From: Macrostomum lignano
Taxonomy: Eukaryota
Length of the DNA: 64,000 nt
Direction of reading: 5' to 3'
Assembly: GCA_002269645.1 (NCBI GenBank)
Contig: NIVC01000093.1
Coordinates: forward strand, 372,001 to 436,000
Under the pieces are notes generated by a model that was given only the letters and a program-made list of their open reading frames with translations, ran no database searches and was not told the origin of the DNA. This document shows, piece by piece, positions 1 through 11,700 of the stretch. Both the position numbers and the translations under genes were made by a program. The stretch's first letter is position 1, and each line of letters starts with the position of its first letter.

Positions 1-956
1 TTGCTAGACGCTGCCATGGGCGTTTCCTGCGTACACAGAACTTAAATCAACCCTAGCTCAGTCCATCTCACTGTCCTAGTCTCACCCCTCTCTCAAGCTC
101 AAACACCCAGAGAGTCCCAAGGCCTGCAGGGCAAATCCAATCAGCTGTCTTCAACACTGCTCAGACTTCGAAATCTCCATTTTTCTTCTCCCTGTCTTCT
201 CTCCGTACATTTCGTTTCACCTGTTCTCTTTTACCCTTCAGCGGGAAATGATCATTCCATTCCTATCCTCTGCTGTTTTACAAATAAACTGTGCTGCCCA
301 CAGTTTCCATGGAAACCTGTCCAGCAAGCTCAAAACTGCTCTTGTAGCAGGCTGCATTACTTGATTTTATTCCTGGCTTAATTATTATTCACATCGGGTA
401 TTATTGGGTAGTTTTTTCTGTAGCAGATATCAGTAGATACGTAGATACGTTTGCTTTATTAGTGCACACTAATATTTTAAGGTATTAAGATGCATGAATA
501 AGTTTATAGTCAGAAATAAATAAATCTTTTTTCCTGAATACGTAGCCTGTGTCCTTTGACGGCTCTTATTTAATTACGAGCTATGGAAATTACCTGAGCC
601 TTGAAGATTTCTACCAGGAATATAGGACACAGCAGCCCAAAGTCCTACAAGATTCTATACTGAGCTGAAATCAATTAATGAAATTCACGATAAAGCCCAA
701 ACCTCGATAATTGCATGACTCCATCAATTAGTCGATAGCCTGTGAGCAATGCGCCTAAGCAAACAAACCTCGTGTGTCAGTTCCTACTCCGCCAAATTCA
801 TTGGATGGAAAGACCGGACGTGTGCGTTAGATACTGGGGACTCTGGGAAAAATTGCTATGTAATCATCGAATGCATCAAATTACCGATTGCAACAAAGTC
901 TCAGTCAGACTGAAAACGCTACAGAAGACAGACAAGATCACACACCGAACAGTGCC

Positions 957-2891
957 ATGGACCAAGAAACAAGCATCGAAAGTGATATTAATGATTTCCT
1001 CTCTGACGAGGATTTTACGCATCTGCAGTACCTGCTGATGACGGACGATGCCACCGAGCTGATGCGACTGCGCCAGAAACATTTTTCTGCTGACGAAGCC
1101 AGATGGCAACGCTTCTTGCGCAGTCGATTGTCTCAGAACTACAGCGGTGTTACTCACTCCAGACAGATCTGTTGCTGCTTGGCTAGTAGAATCAACTCTT
1201 CGTGCGGTTCCAAACACCCTGGCGTTAGCAACCCCTTCCTTTTGACTGTGTTTTACGGAGCTGCCGATTCCATGCAGTACATGCTGCGCACTGGTGGCCC
1301 AGATCTGGCCAGCTCAACTGAGGATGGATGGAACGCGCTACACGTGCTGTGCTTTGCCGTCGCGACCGGGTCTTACAGTGCGCCCACATTGGAGGACGTT
1401 CTAAATGGTCGCTGCTTTCAGCTCAGCGACAAGCTGGAGTTACCATCCGCGGCTTCGAACAAGAGGCAATCAATTTTCTTTGTGAACTTCATTTATGGAA
1501 ATGTCTTTGGTCCGAAGCAGCTGTCTGAGTGGTCGTCCACAGCTCTTGCTGGCTGCGGGCTAACGCCTATTGAACTGTCAGTGATACTCGGTCGACCTGA
1601 TGTGGCCGAGATTCTGCTCTATTGTTGCTCGCCTGACTTTTGCACCGATAGCGTTTCTGAACTGGATCGCCAGTCCAAGACATTCGAGCATCCAAGGGTA
1701 CTATTGGACAGCTACGATTGCAATGCAACATCCAACAACAATGCCAGCAGATTCTTTGTCTCCCCGCTTCTGCTGATTGCAGACATGTTTAGCGTTGCAT
1801 CAGCTGACGACCTTCAGCAGCTGAAAGCATCGGGAGTTTGGCGTCGCGAATTTATATTTGCCCAGTGGATGAGCCTGCTGCAATCGCGAAATGGGAAATT
1901 CGTATATATCTCAATTGTGGGCTCATTTTTTCTATTCTTCACAATGCTCATTTCAACGACAAAAAGTGCTCAGAATCTGAGACAAACATGCGCTAACATG
2001 ACAGCCGACGATGCCAATGCCAGTTATGCTCTGGCAGCGAACACAATGCTGCTCGGCACCCTGCTATCTAATTCAGTCTTCATTGCGGCTCTTGTGCGCT
2101 TTAAAATACAGCGAAAAAGGTTCCTCTGCCGTCTTGGAATTTGCTCGCATCCGCAGAAAGGAAAGGAATTGAACAACATATTAGTGACGTTGGTTCTGTT
2201 AACCATTTTTGTACTGCTACTGATTCCTATGATACTTACTCCAAAAAAAATCTGCGACTTTGCGGGCGATCTTGGCGTGACACTCAGCTCCCTTCTGGTG
2301 GCCAGTGTGAACATAGCGGTGTTCTATTCTATTTGCTTATACCTGCGGCTGGTACGATTTCTGAGCAACTTCACGTGCAGCTTCGTTGAATGCCTAAACA
2401 CCTTTGGTGCATTCATTTTCTACTATGTTGGAATGATATTCGTGTTCTCGCAGCTATTGGACAGCACTGAACTCTTTCAGGCACAGAAAGATAATATGCC
2501 GTACTTGTCTCAGATGTACAACACTTTTCTGATTACTCTGAACGTTTTCAATCCGGACATCTTCCGACCCATAGCAAGCAAGATGTCGCTGATTAACATC
2601 CACTTCTTACTCATCCTAATCGTGCCAGTATTCTTTCTCAACTTCATCTGCGGTTTACTTTCGATGAAGCTGTGCATCTTCTCTGAGCACGAGCCCGAAT
2701 ACCTGGCAGTTGTCAGCATCCAAATTCTGTCGGCCTTTGAGTACAACATGAAAGACGCACGACGACTCCTGGCGCGTATATTCAAAAAGAAAATGGCAAG
2801 TCAAAAAATTTGTCTCCACGTGCCGAGCTTCTTGACTTCGCCAAGATTTTTTAAACACTGGCGCGACAGGTGTCACGGCAACGGGGAATAG
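957..2891 (+). CDS. Intronless divergent ankyrin-repeat TRP (TRPV-like) cation channel, 644 aa from the first in-frame ATG (gccATGg)
   Basis: Single ORF; the track start at 888 is TTG and the first ATG is 957. Ankyrin-like motifs NPFLLTVFYGAADSMQYML, DGWNALHVLC and GLTPIELSVILGRPDVAEILL. Six hydrophobic segments follow, with a pore-helix-like SQMYNTFLITLNV between S5 and S6. The S6/TRP-box-like FFLNFICGLLS..HEPEYLAVVSIQILSAFE resembles TRPV LLNMLIAMM..ERDELWRAQIVATTVMLE (recalled). Confidence 0.7.
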   Translation: MDQETSIESDINDFLSDEDFTHLQYLLMTDDATELMRLRQKHFSADEARWQRFLRSRLSQNYSGVTHSRQICCCLASRINSSCGSKHPGVSNPFLLTVFYGAADSMQYMLRTGGPDLASSTEDGWNALHVLCFAVATGSYSAPTLEDVLNGRCFQLSDKLELPSAASNKRQSIFFVNFIYGNVFGPKQLSEWSSTALAGCGLTPIELSVILGRPDVAEILLYCCSPDFCTDSVSELDRQSKTFEHPRVLLDSYDCNATSNNNASRFFVSPLLLIADMFSVASADDLQQLKASGVWRREFIFAQWMSLLQSRNGKFVYISIVGSFFLFFTMLISTTKSAQNLRQTCANMTADDANASYALAANTMLLGTLLSNSVFIAALVRFKIQRKRFLCRLGICSHPQKGKELNNILVTLVLLTIFVLLLIPMILTPKKICDFAGDLGVTLSSLLVASVNIAVFYSICLYLRLVRFLSNFTCSFVECLNTFGAFIFYYVGMIFVFSQLLDSTELFQAQKDNMPYLSQMYNTFLITLNVFNPDIFRPIASKMSLINIHFLLILIVPVFFLNFICGLLSMKLCIFSEHEPEYLAVVSIQILSAFEYNMKDARRLLARIFKKKMASQKICLHVPSFLTSPRFFKHWRDRCHGNGE

Positions 2892-3820
2892 TTTTCGATG
2901 ACCTTTGATTTGAGACGAACTGATCATAAAATTACATTTTTTCAGAAAAATAGATAAATCGTGTAACTATGCTAAAGTATCCTCGCTAACGAAGGGCGTT
3001 CGGAAAGTTCTGAAATCTTGCATATTTATTCAAGATATCTATTTTACACAAAAGCTTTACAATCTTCTTCTTTATTAAATGTCTATCACCTTCTGCTGTT
3101 CATTGTTTTGCACAAAGCAGCCTATTCGTAATCAAGCAGGCCAACCAACCTGTTAAGGCCCAAGCTGCAGCTAATTATTTTCCTACTCTTATAGTGCAGT
3201 TGTTCCATGACTGTCCAATCATTAACCAATTTATGATGGCCTAATCATAACGCTTGCATGCACTCAATAGGTTTTAATTTAGCCAGTCTAATTTTAGCAC
3301 AAAATATTCTTTGGCACATCTCAAATTTAAATGCAGCTTTTCTCTTTTGAATGTCTTATTTTGTTATTTTTCTATATTACAGTTTTGCACCATGGTATTT
3401 TATTCATCAGAAAGTTATAATTGTTACACTTTTATGCTATGATAATAACTGAAAATCTTCTGTCTATTGGTTACAAACCGAACCAGCAACATTTGAGTTG
3501 GATTGTTATTCCTGGCAGGTTTAGCTTGATTGCGAAAACTTATTTGATTGTGAGCAGAGATTTTCTATAATGATTTAGACTATAACTGCTACAAGTCAGA
3601 AGTGGTGATGTTGATCACATTGAGCCAAACAGAGTTTTTTCCGGCCTAAACGTGAAAGCAATTTATTTAAATGTTAACAAAAGCATAAAGCGTTTTAAAC
3701 ACAGAGGGATATATAGCTCGTAGTGTTCGTATAATTTTCTAATAGTAGCACTGCACCAACTCATTTGCTACTTTCAGTAGTTTATAAATCACTATCATAT
3801 TTGCAATCTGGGGACCTTCA

Positions 3821-4678
3821 CTAGCGATGCTCCACTGACAAGTTCTGAAATTCGAAGCCGGAGCCAGCGCCAAACAGCTGCTCCGTATCCGCCCGGAACG
3901 GCGCTTCTACAACGACTCGACCGTCGCCGCGCAGCCGAGCCGTCATCCTGGCCAGGTCCAGGCCGGACGGCAGGTCGAATTCGTCGCGGAATTCCCGGAA
4001 AGAGGCTTTCCCGGCGCTGCGCGAATGACGCTGGCCGTGCACGACGAGGCGGGCGCCGCCGTCGACTGTAGAGATGCGAACGTCGGCTGGAGAGAACTCG
4101 CAGCCTAGATCTATAGTCAGCTGATAGACGTTCAACCTTTTGATTGTCGATAGCTGCTGTTGCTGCTGCTGATGCTGCTGCGGCTGCTGCTGTTGCTGCG
4201 GTTGAATTGTAAAACTGTTCACCGTCAGCATTGGCGATGTTGACTTGGCCGAACCGCTGGAAGTCTGATGCTCTAGCCGATACCTTGGAGGAACAGCTGG
4301 AGCGCTGACCACGAGCTGATTATTTATCACTACGGAGCGCAGCTGACCAGCGTCAACGTTGTCAGGCAGGGTGAACTGCTCCTGGAACGACACGCAACCC
4401 TGCTGTCCACCGCCCTGGCCATCCAGACTGGTGCTTCCGGCAACCTGAACGCTACGATCTCCAATCAAACTGGTGCGCAGGTCTTCCGGTGCGTAGCCCT
4501 GCACGTCGAAGATCACCTTGTAGAGCACGGAACCGTCCGCCTGACGCTCCCAGTGACCGCGAATGTGATCAGGTCCACCAAGACCGCGCAAAGCTGGCGA
4601 GGTGGGCGATGTCGCTGAATAAGAAGAGTACTGCTGCCTGCCAAAGGCCTGATCCGGTCGGTGGAAGAAGTCAGCCAT
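3821..4678 (-). CDS. Small heat-shock protein with two alpha-crystallin domains (flatworm p40/Tsp36-like), about 285 aa
   Basis: Single exon from ATG 4678. ACD1 runs YKVIFDVQGYAPEDL..FQEQFTLPDNVDAGQLRSVVINNQLVVSAP. ACD2 runs YQLTIDLGCEFSPADV..FREFRDEFDLPSGLDLARMTARLRGDGRVVVEAP. A polyQ linker separates them. Confidence 0.85.
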   Translation of the reverse strand: MADFFHRPDQAFGRQQYSSYSATSPTSPALRGLGGPDHIRGHWERQADGSVLYKVIFDVQGYAPEDLRTSLIGDRSVQVAGSTSLDGQGGGQQGCVSFQEQFTLPDNVDAGQLRSVVINNQLVVSAPAVPPRYRLEHQTSSGSAKSTSPMLTVNSFTIQPQQQQQPQQHQQQQQQLSTIKRLNVYQLTIDLGCEFSPADVRISTVDGGARLVVHGQRHSRSAGKASFREFRDEFDLPSGLDLARMTARLRGDGRVVVEAPFRADTEQLFGAGSGFEFQNLSVEHR

Positions 4679-4899
4679 GATTTCTGTTCCAGTTTCCAGC
4701 AACTGAAAACGGTCGAAATGTTCATTAAAAACACAAAAATGCTACAAAAAAGTGCAACTTAGAAATGCTTAGACTTGTGGACGTCAGTTGAATTGACGCT
4801 AATAAACTAAATGACTTTAAAGTAAATAGCTGATTGAATTACCTGCGATTAGTATTAGGCGTGACGCTCTTGTACTACCAAATTGAGATCGGTCGTCTT

Positions 4900-5420
4900 T
4901 GGATTCGAAGACCTCTCAGGCAGTTCGCGTTAATCCAACCGTTCCCCAGCCTTCTTCCCAGCCAAAATCCGAACTGATATTGCGAGGGGGAAGTTTTTTC
5001 ATAACTTCAGCCAAGGCTGTAACGCACATCCACGAGGTACGACCAAGAGGTGCGTACACTGGCGAGGGCGTATGTGTGCATGTCCCCACCCGATATTCGC
5101 TTCTCCCTTTGCTCCTCCATCTCCATCCCTGCCTGCCTTCCATATTCGGTTCCTTGAACATTCTGACGGACAAACTACAACCACCCCGCTGCACTGGACA
5201 GTTAGTTAGTCAGCCCCTCTCGAAACAGCTTCGAATCCCGGACCAGACTTTCCTGCGCCGAAGACCAGTTCACCCACCAGAATCTCCGATGGAAGCTAAA
5301 ATTGCCTGCCCAAATCCTACTATAGCTCGTATACTCGTACTGCGACGAATACTAAGCGACGTGCGCGTATGGGGCTATCTCAGGCCGATGGACCACATCA
5401 AACTCGGATGCAGAAAAACT
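4900..5420 (-). mobile_element. Decayed Ty3/Gypsy pol fragment (RNase H end plus integrase N-terminal region)
   Basis: Manual minus-strand translation gives SEFDVVHRP (cf. EFDFEIVHRPG at the end of Gypsy RT/RNase H). A second frame gives HLLVVPRGCALQPWLKL*KNFPLAISVRILAGKKAGERL (cf. QLVVP..R..VL.LAHE.P.AGHLG.KKT.ER). Stops and frameshifts are present. Confidence 0.4.
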
Positions 5421-6731
5421 GTAGTATCAATTTTCTCTATGCTTGGTATCTACAGACTTCTTCTCGACAAATTTTAGCGAGTGAGCACATGCCATATATC
5501 TAAATGTACGTGTAAACCAATGCTATCGTTAAATGGTCCTTTATCTCTTGATTGATAGCGAAAAAAGCTATGTAAAAGTACCAATTAGCCGGCGACGGAC
5601 ACGTCGTTGCATATAGTGACGGACAAAGACTACTAAAGTTGCAAGTTGCATGAATAACATCAAAGCCAACGTATAGGGCGATGACATAATAAGTCATTAT
5701 AATACAAGAGATACAACTCTATGTATAGTATAATCAACTAAGGAAAAGCAAATGTAGTAAAATGCTAATATGTGCTTATCTTCGGCTTTGCAAACAACGA
5801 CGAAAATCTGCCTCCAATGAATTTTCCACGAAAGTTGAGTCTTGCGCCCTATATATATATACAGTAAATATGTTACTTTAGTCCTATGCACAGTTTTTTA
5901 TTGTTGAATAGCCTATTCTATGTGACTAATCAAGTTTGTGTTTAAGTAAATAAGTAAATAAGGAAATACAAAGACTACTTTCCGTAACGTTATATAGCAG
6001 CGACCATTAAACTAGATTGTATATTTCATTGCGACCGATGATTTAAATATGTAGTTGAGACTAATAGAAAAAATAAACCAATTCGTGGGACAACAGAAAA
6101 GAGTAGCATTGTGTTGGGAGTGAGAAAATGGGCAAAATAAGTTGTTTAATAATTTACACGTGAAAAAAACACGATTTTTCTTTTCAACAAATGACTGACT
6201 AGGACTGGGGTGAGCGCGGCAGTGCAGGGAGAACACAGTTCAAATTTATCGAAAAACTATGGTCAGCTTAAGAAAAACATTCGAATCTCTTATAAGTAAT
6301 CTGGAGGACGGTAAGTTTTCGTATCACTAATGCGTTGAGTATGCACTAGAGAAAGAAGGTTTTTCCCGACTTAACTGTCTATGGCTAAACTATAGTCAGA
6401 GCTATGCGTTCTCTAGTAGAGCATACTAAGTGCACCGGCAATGCGAAAAAATAATGCGTTCCTTACCGGCCTTGAGCACATTTCTAAGAGAATCGAATGC
6501 AATGTCCAACCTCAGCTGTCCATGGGAAAATAATTTTAAGGCCTTCTTTTGGTTCAAAATGTATTTGCGATGTTGGAATATTACAGTTTTTACATTAGAA
6601 AACTAATCACACATTAGAGTTCCTTAATGTAGCTTCACAAGTTTAATGTTTGATTTGACTCTTCATTTATGCTAGATTTGACAATGAATTCTCAACTCTA
6701 TAGATTTTTATAGAATGTCTTAATCGATAGA

Positions 6732-7167
6732 GAGTTTTGCCATAGACTAAACTTTCAATTGGAGTTTTGCCATAGACTAGACTTTCAATTGGAGTTTTGC
6801 CATAGACTAAACTTTCAAATGGAGTTTTGCCATAGAGTAAACTTTCAATTGGAGTTTTGCCATAGACTAAACTTTCAAATGGAGTTTTGCCATAGAGTAA
6901 ACTTTTGATTGAAGTTTTTCCATAGACTAAACTTTCAATTGGAGTTTTGCCATACTTTCAATTGGAGTTTTGCCATAGACTAAACTTTCAATTGGAGTTT
7001 TGCCATAGACTAAACTTTCAATTGGAGTTTTGCCATACTTTCAATTGGAGTTTTGCCATAGACTAAACTTTCAATTAGAGTTTTGCCATAGACTAGACTC
7101 AATTGGAGTTTTGCCATAGACTAAACTTTCAATTGGAGTTTTGCCATAGACTAAACTTTTAATTGGA
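6732..7167. repeat. 30-bp minisatellite (GGAGTTTTGCCATAGACTAAACTTTCAATT), about 14 units
   Basis: Directly visible tandem units, two of them shortened. Confidence 0.95.
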
Positions 7168-7589
7168 GCGTCTTAATAGACTAATTTCATTGTGCTAAAA
7201 TATTTTTAGCCTAACAAATACCGAAATAAATTTTTTGCTGATTAATTTTAAGCGGAATGCCGACCCTCAAAAAGTTTTGTAATTTGAAAGTGTTGCCTTT
7301 TTGCACTGCCTGCCTGTAGTCTGGGTGCCAATAATGATTTTACTATGAAAATGATAAAAATAGCTAGATTATAAATGTCAACTCAAAATGAAATAGAATA
7401 TTTAACAGCCTATAGTGAATCGACCGGTGTTTATTTAAAAATGGATCAATTGTATCACTACAATAAACTCATCGTATTAATACTTCGCTTGCTAGGCAAT
7501 GCTTCTTCGTGCTAATGAATGTAGCTGATTATCAACTGATTATACCTGTATTGAAATCTGGTCTTGTAAACAGCTAGCGCCCCTGATGC

Positions 7590-8383
7590 TAAAGTACCTG
7601 GTGATGAAGCTCCCGGTGTTAAAGCCCCTGGTGTCAAAACTCCTGTTGTTAAAGCTCCTGGTGCTAAAGCCCCTGGTGTCAAAACCCCTGGTGTTAAAGC
7701 CACTGGTGTTAAAGCTGCTGGTGCTAAAGTCCCTGGTGCTAAAGTTCTGGTGTCAAAACCCCTGGTGTTAAAGCCACTGGTGTTAAAGCTACTGGTGCTA
7801 AAGCCCCTGTTGCTAAAGCCCCTGGTGCTAAAGCCCCTGGTGCTAAAGCCCCTGGTGCTAAAGTCCCTGGTGCTAAAGTCACTGGTGCTAAAGCCCCTGG
7901 TGCTAAAGTCCCTGGTGCTAAAGCCCCTGGTGCTAAAGCCCCTGGTGCTAAACCCCGTGGTGTTAAAGCTCCTGGTGCTAAAGCCCCTGGTGTTAAAGCT
8001 CCTGGTGCTAAAGCTCCTGGTGCTAAATCTCCTGGTGTTAAAGCCCCTGGTGCTCAAGTCCCTGGTGATAAAGCTCCTGGTGCTAAAGCCCCTGGTGTTA
8101 AAGCCTCTGGTGCTAAAGTACCTGGTGCTAAAGCCCCTGGTGCTAAAGCCCCTGGTGCTAAAGCTCCTGGTGCTAAAGCCCCTGGTGCTAAAGCTCCTGG
8201 TGCTAAAGCCCCTGGTGTTAAATCTCCTGGTGCTAAAGCTCCTGGTGCTAAAGCCCCTGGTGTTAAATCTCCTGGTGCTAAAGCCCCTGGTGCTAAAGCC
8301 CCTGGTGCTAAAGCCCCTGGTGCTAAAGCCCCTGGTGCTAAAGCCCCTGGTGCTAAAGCCCCTGGTGCTAAAGCCCCTGGTGT
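7590..8383. repeat. 15-bp minisatellite (AAAGCCCCTGGTGCT), about 50 units
   Basis: Directly visible; it explains the KPLVL and ALAPG pseudo-ORFs. Confidence 0.95.
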
Positions 8384-8755
8384 AAGTCTAGACAACTATT
8401 AATATTAATTTTCTCTTACTGCTTTAGTTATTTGGGTACAAAACGATCGACACAAGATCCTGTAATTTTGCTAAGATGAAAAACCGTGTACGAGACTTGT
8501 ACACGTACTCTGACAAAAAGTTAGAATTTGAACGAAACAAACTGTAAATTATAAGGTCAAATATCAAATAATAATATCAATCCTAACTAAAGTGCATGCA
8601 AAGATCAATGAGGCAAAAAGATAATAGGAATTTAAAGTAAATATATTATCAAGACAGCTGAAATAAACGCACTTCAAGAGCGATAATCGATCTATTAAGT
8701 AGCTACATAACCATGAGAGCAACTCGCCAGTATGCGCTGTTGAATTGGTGCAGTT

Positions 8756-11700
8756 TTACCCTTTGCGACTGATGAGGCAGTCCAGCTTCGTCTCCACCGC
8801 AGCCAGATGCCTCTCCAGGGCGTCAATCTTTGCTAGCACAGTTGAAATTTGAGAACCCTGCCGCTGATGATGCTGCTGATGATGGTGCAGATGGTGCTGA
8901 CTGTGCAGCTGCTGGCTAGACAGAGTCTTGTCCGTCAGCTCCTGGGCGGAGAACTCCAACAGGCCCAGTCCGGGCTGGCGGTGCTTCATCACGTAGTCCT
9001 CGTCCACTTCGTCGGCAAACAGAGTTGGCGAATCCGCCCTGGCAGCGTTGGTCGTCAACGCCGAGGCGGAGGCGGACTTGGCGCTGGTGGCGACGCTAGC
9101 AGCGATGGCGGCAGCTGCTCCACTGGTCGCAGCAACCCCAGTTCGAGGCAGGATGCTCACTCGACGCTTCGGAGGTTCGGTTAGCTGAGCTGGAACTTTC
9201 TCTGTTGTTGTCGCATCCATTGGTGCTGCCGCGTCGACTGGATCAGCTGATTTCTGACGAATCTCGGCGAGCGGACAGTCGGGCGTCAGCTCGCAGTCGC
9301 TGATCTCGCCTGAGATGGCCGGGATTTAAATAATCAACTTTATTACGCTTTAAAACTCGCACACAGTCAAACACAACCAATTTAATAAGTAATGAGCATT
9401 CCAAAAACTGCTGTGACATTGTCAACTTTATAGAAATGAAGCCAGGTGCTCATTCTGCTGACCTCTAAGCATGCGCGCTCACATAGGGTGTACAGCGGTC
9501 CTGACTTTCTAATCGTCTGGCATGTACACACTCTGTGCCTTGCGGGTTGGCCCTCATGGGTGTCAATTTTCATGCAGAAAAGTTTTGTAGGGACGAGCAC
9601 TAGCGGTCATGTGGCGCGAGAATCAGACGCATTTTACCGTTGAGTTGCTCAACCCCTAGTGAGACAGTGAGACTTCCAGGATGAAAAACAATTCATTGCT
9701 ATAAGCAGCTCACCTGGCCCGGGAGGGTAATAAGCTTCGAAGTCTCTCAAATTGAACGTGACCTCCAGCTTGCGCAGGAAGCTCTCCCCGAACTCCGGAT
9801 AGTTGTCCATCACGTCCAGCAGGTCGTCGCGATGGATTTTGTGCAGATCGCAGTAAGTGAGAGCGCGCACGTTGCAGCGGGATTTGCCTACAGCCTCACC
9901 GGCGTGTGGCGGCTCTCCGAATGCGTCCTCCTTGCCGAGTATGGCCAGCACAGTGTCGTCTAGCAGAATTTCGATGCTGCCCCTGTAGAATGACCGGTTT
10001 GTGACCGCGTGAAACTCTTGCGTTTGGGTTAAAGTTTTGAAAACTTCAATGTGCAAAATTTAGAATTTTTGTTAATGTTGCTCCATATCAATAGTTGTTC
10101 ATGAGTTGTCTAGTGGTTGTTCTTAATTGTCTAGTAGTTGTGGACGATTGTCTAGTAGTTGTTTTTTATTGTCTAGTAGTAGTTGTTGATTGTCTAGTAG
10201 TAGATGTTTGTTGTCTAGTAGTAGTTGTTAATTGTCTAGTAGTAGTTGTTAATTGTCTAGTAGTAGTTGTTGATTGTCTAGTAGTAGTTGTTAATTGTCT
10301 AGTAGTAGTTGTTAATTGTCTAGTAGTAGATGTTTGTTGTCTAGTAGTAGTTGTTAATTGTCTAGTAGTAGTTGTTAATTGTCTAGTAGTAGTTGTTGAT
10401 TGTCTAGTAGTAGTTGTTAATTGTCTAGTAGTAGTTGTTGATTGTCTAGTAGTAGTTGTTAATTGTCTAGTAGTAGTTGTTAATTGTCTAGTAGTAGTTG
10501 TTAATTGTCTAGTACTCGTAGTAGTTGTTGATTCTCTAGTACTCGTAGTAGTTGTTGATTCTCTAGTAGTCGTAGTAGTTGTTGATTCTCTAGTAGTCGT
10601 TATTTATTGTCGAGTAGCTCGTATTAGTTATTAATTGTCTAGTTGTAGCTCTTAATCGAGAAGAAGTAGCAGCTAATTTGTCACCTACAAGGTTACTAAT
10701 TACCTAACCATATAAAAATGATTGCTAACAATTATCTCACCTAGCAATGAAGTACAGGGCACTCAGCATGTCACCCCGATGGACCAGTATATCACCCGGA
10801 GGCACGTGAGTAGACTTAAACTTCATAGATAATGCTCGAAGACATCCCGGACTGGCGTCTTTGAAAGCTGGACAGCTGCGCAACAAGCTGCGATTGAGGT
10901 GCAAGCAAATGTCAGCCTGCAAGCATTCTGGGAAGCCTTTTAAGACGAGGTTCATATCGATTCCGTTAGTGTAGGACCAGGCGTGTTGGAAGTACTCCTC
11001 CAGGCGCTGGCGCAGTGGATTCGGGATCTGGTGGAAACGGATAAACTCTCGCACCCGAAGCATCTGCGTGTGGTAACGCGCTGTGCCGCTGTACAGCCTC
11101 TGGATGATCGCCGACACGTTGCCAAAGATGCTGGCGTACATCAGGCTGCCAATGAGCATCACGCAGATGCTGAACGCTTTCTCCATATTGGTGTTTGGCG
11201 ACACGTTGCCAAATCCAACGGATGTGAGGCTTGAGAAGGTGAAGTACAGCGCAGTGATGTACTTGGAGCGTAGGGTCGGACCGGATGTGCTGTTTCCCTT
11301 AATGTAGGGCTGGTTAGTCTGCAAAAGTGTTTGATTGTTCCAAGTGCCTTATTTAGGACGGCTGGTGTTCGGTCACTGTTGCTCTTTTGCTGAAAACATT
11401 CCCCCATGCTGAAGCAACTTTGCCCAACAATAAATAACGGTCTTTCGCCACAGTAAATCCCCTCTGTGCGCAATATCAGTGCCGCCCCGTTGGGGAGCCA
11501 ACAAAGAATGGAATACAAATCTTTGAATGAACTACATGTAGCTTCTGACCTTAGCCTTGACATCTCAGAAATCTCCCCCAGTAAGCCCTGACATCTCAGA
11601 AATTCCCCCAGTAAGCCTTGACAACTCAGCAATTCCCTCACTAAGCCTTGACATCTCAGCAATTCCCCCTATAAGCCTTGACATCTCAGCAATTCCCCCT

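Noticed and set aside
742-1038. Short ORFs overlapping the TRPV-like, sHSP, KCNH, COPE and ValRS coding exons
   Set aside because: They are shadow frames of GC-rich coding sequence.
4899-5477. 192-aa plus-strand ORF
   Set aside because: It starts at TTG, has no recognisable motif and is better explained as antisense to a decayed Gypsy fragment.
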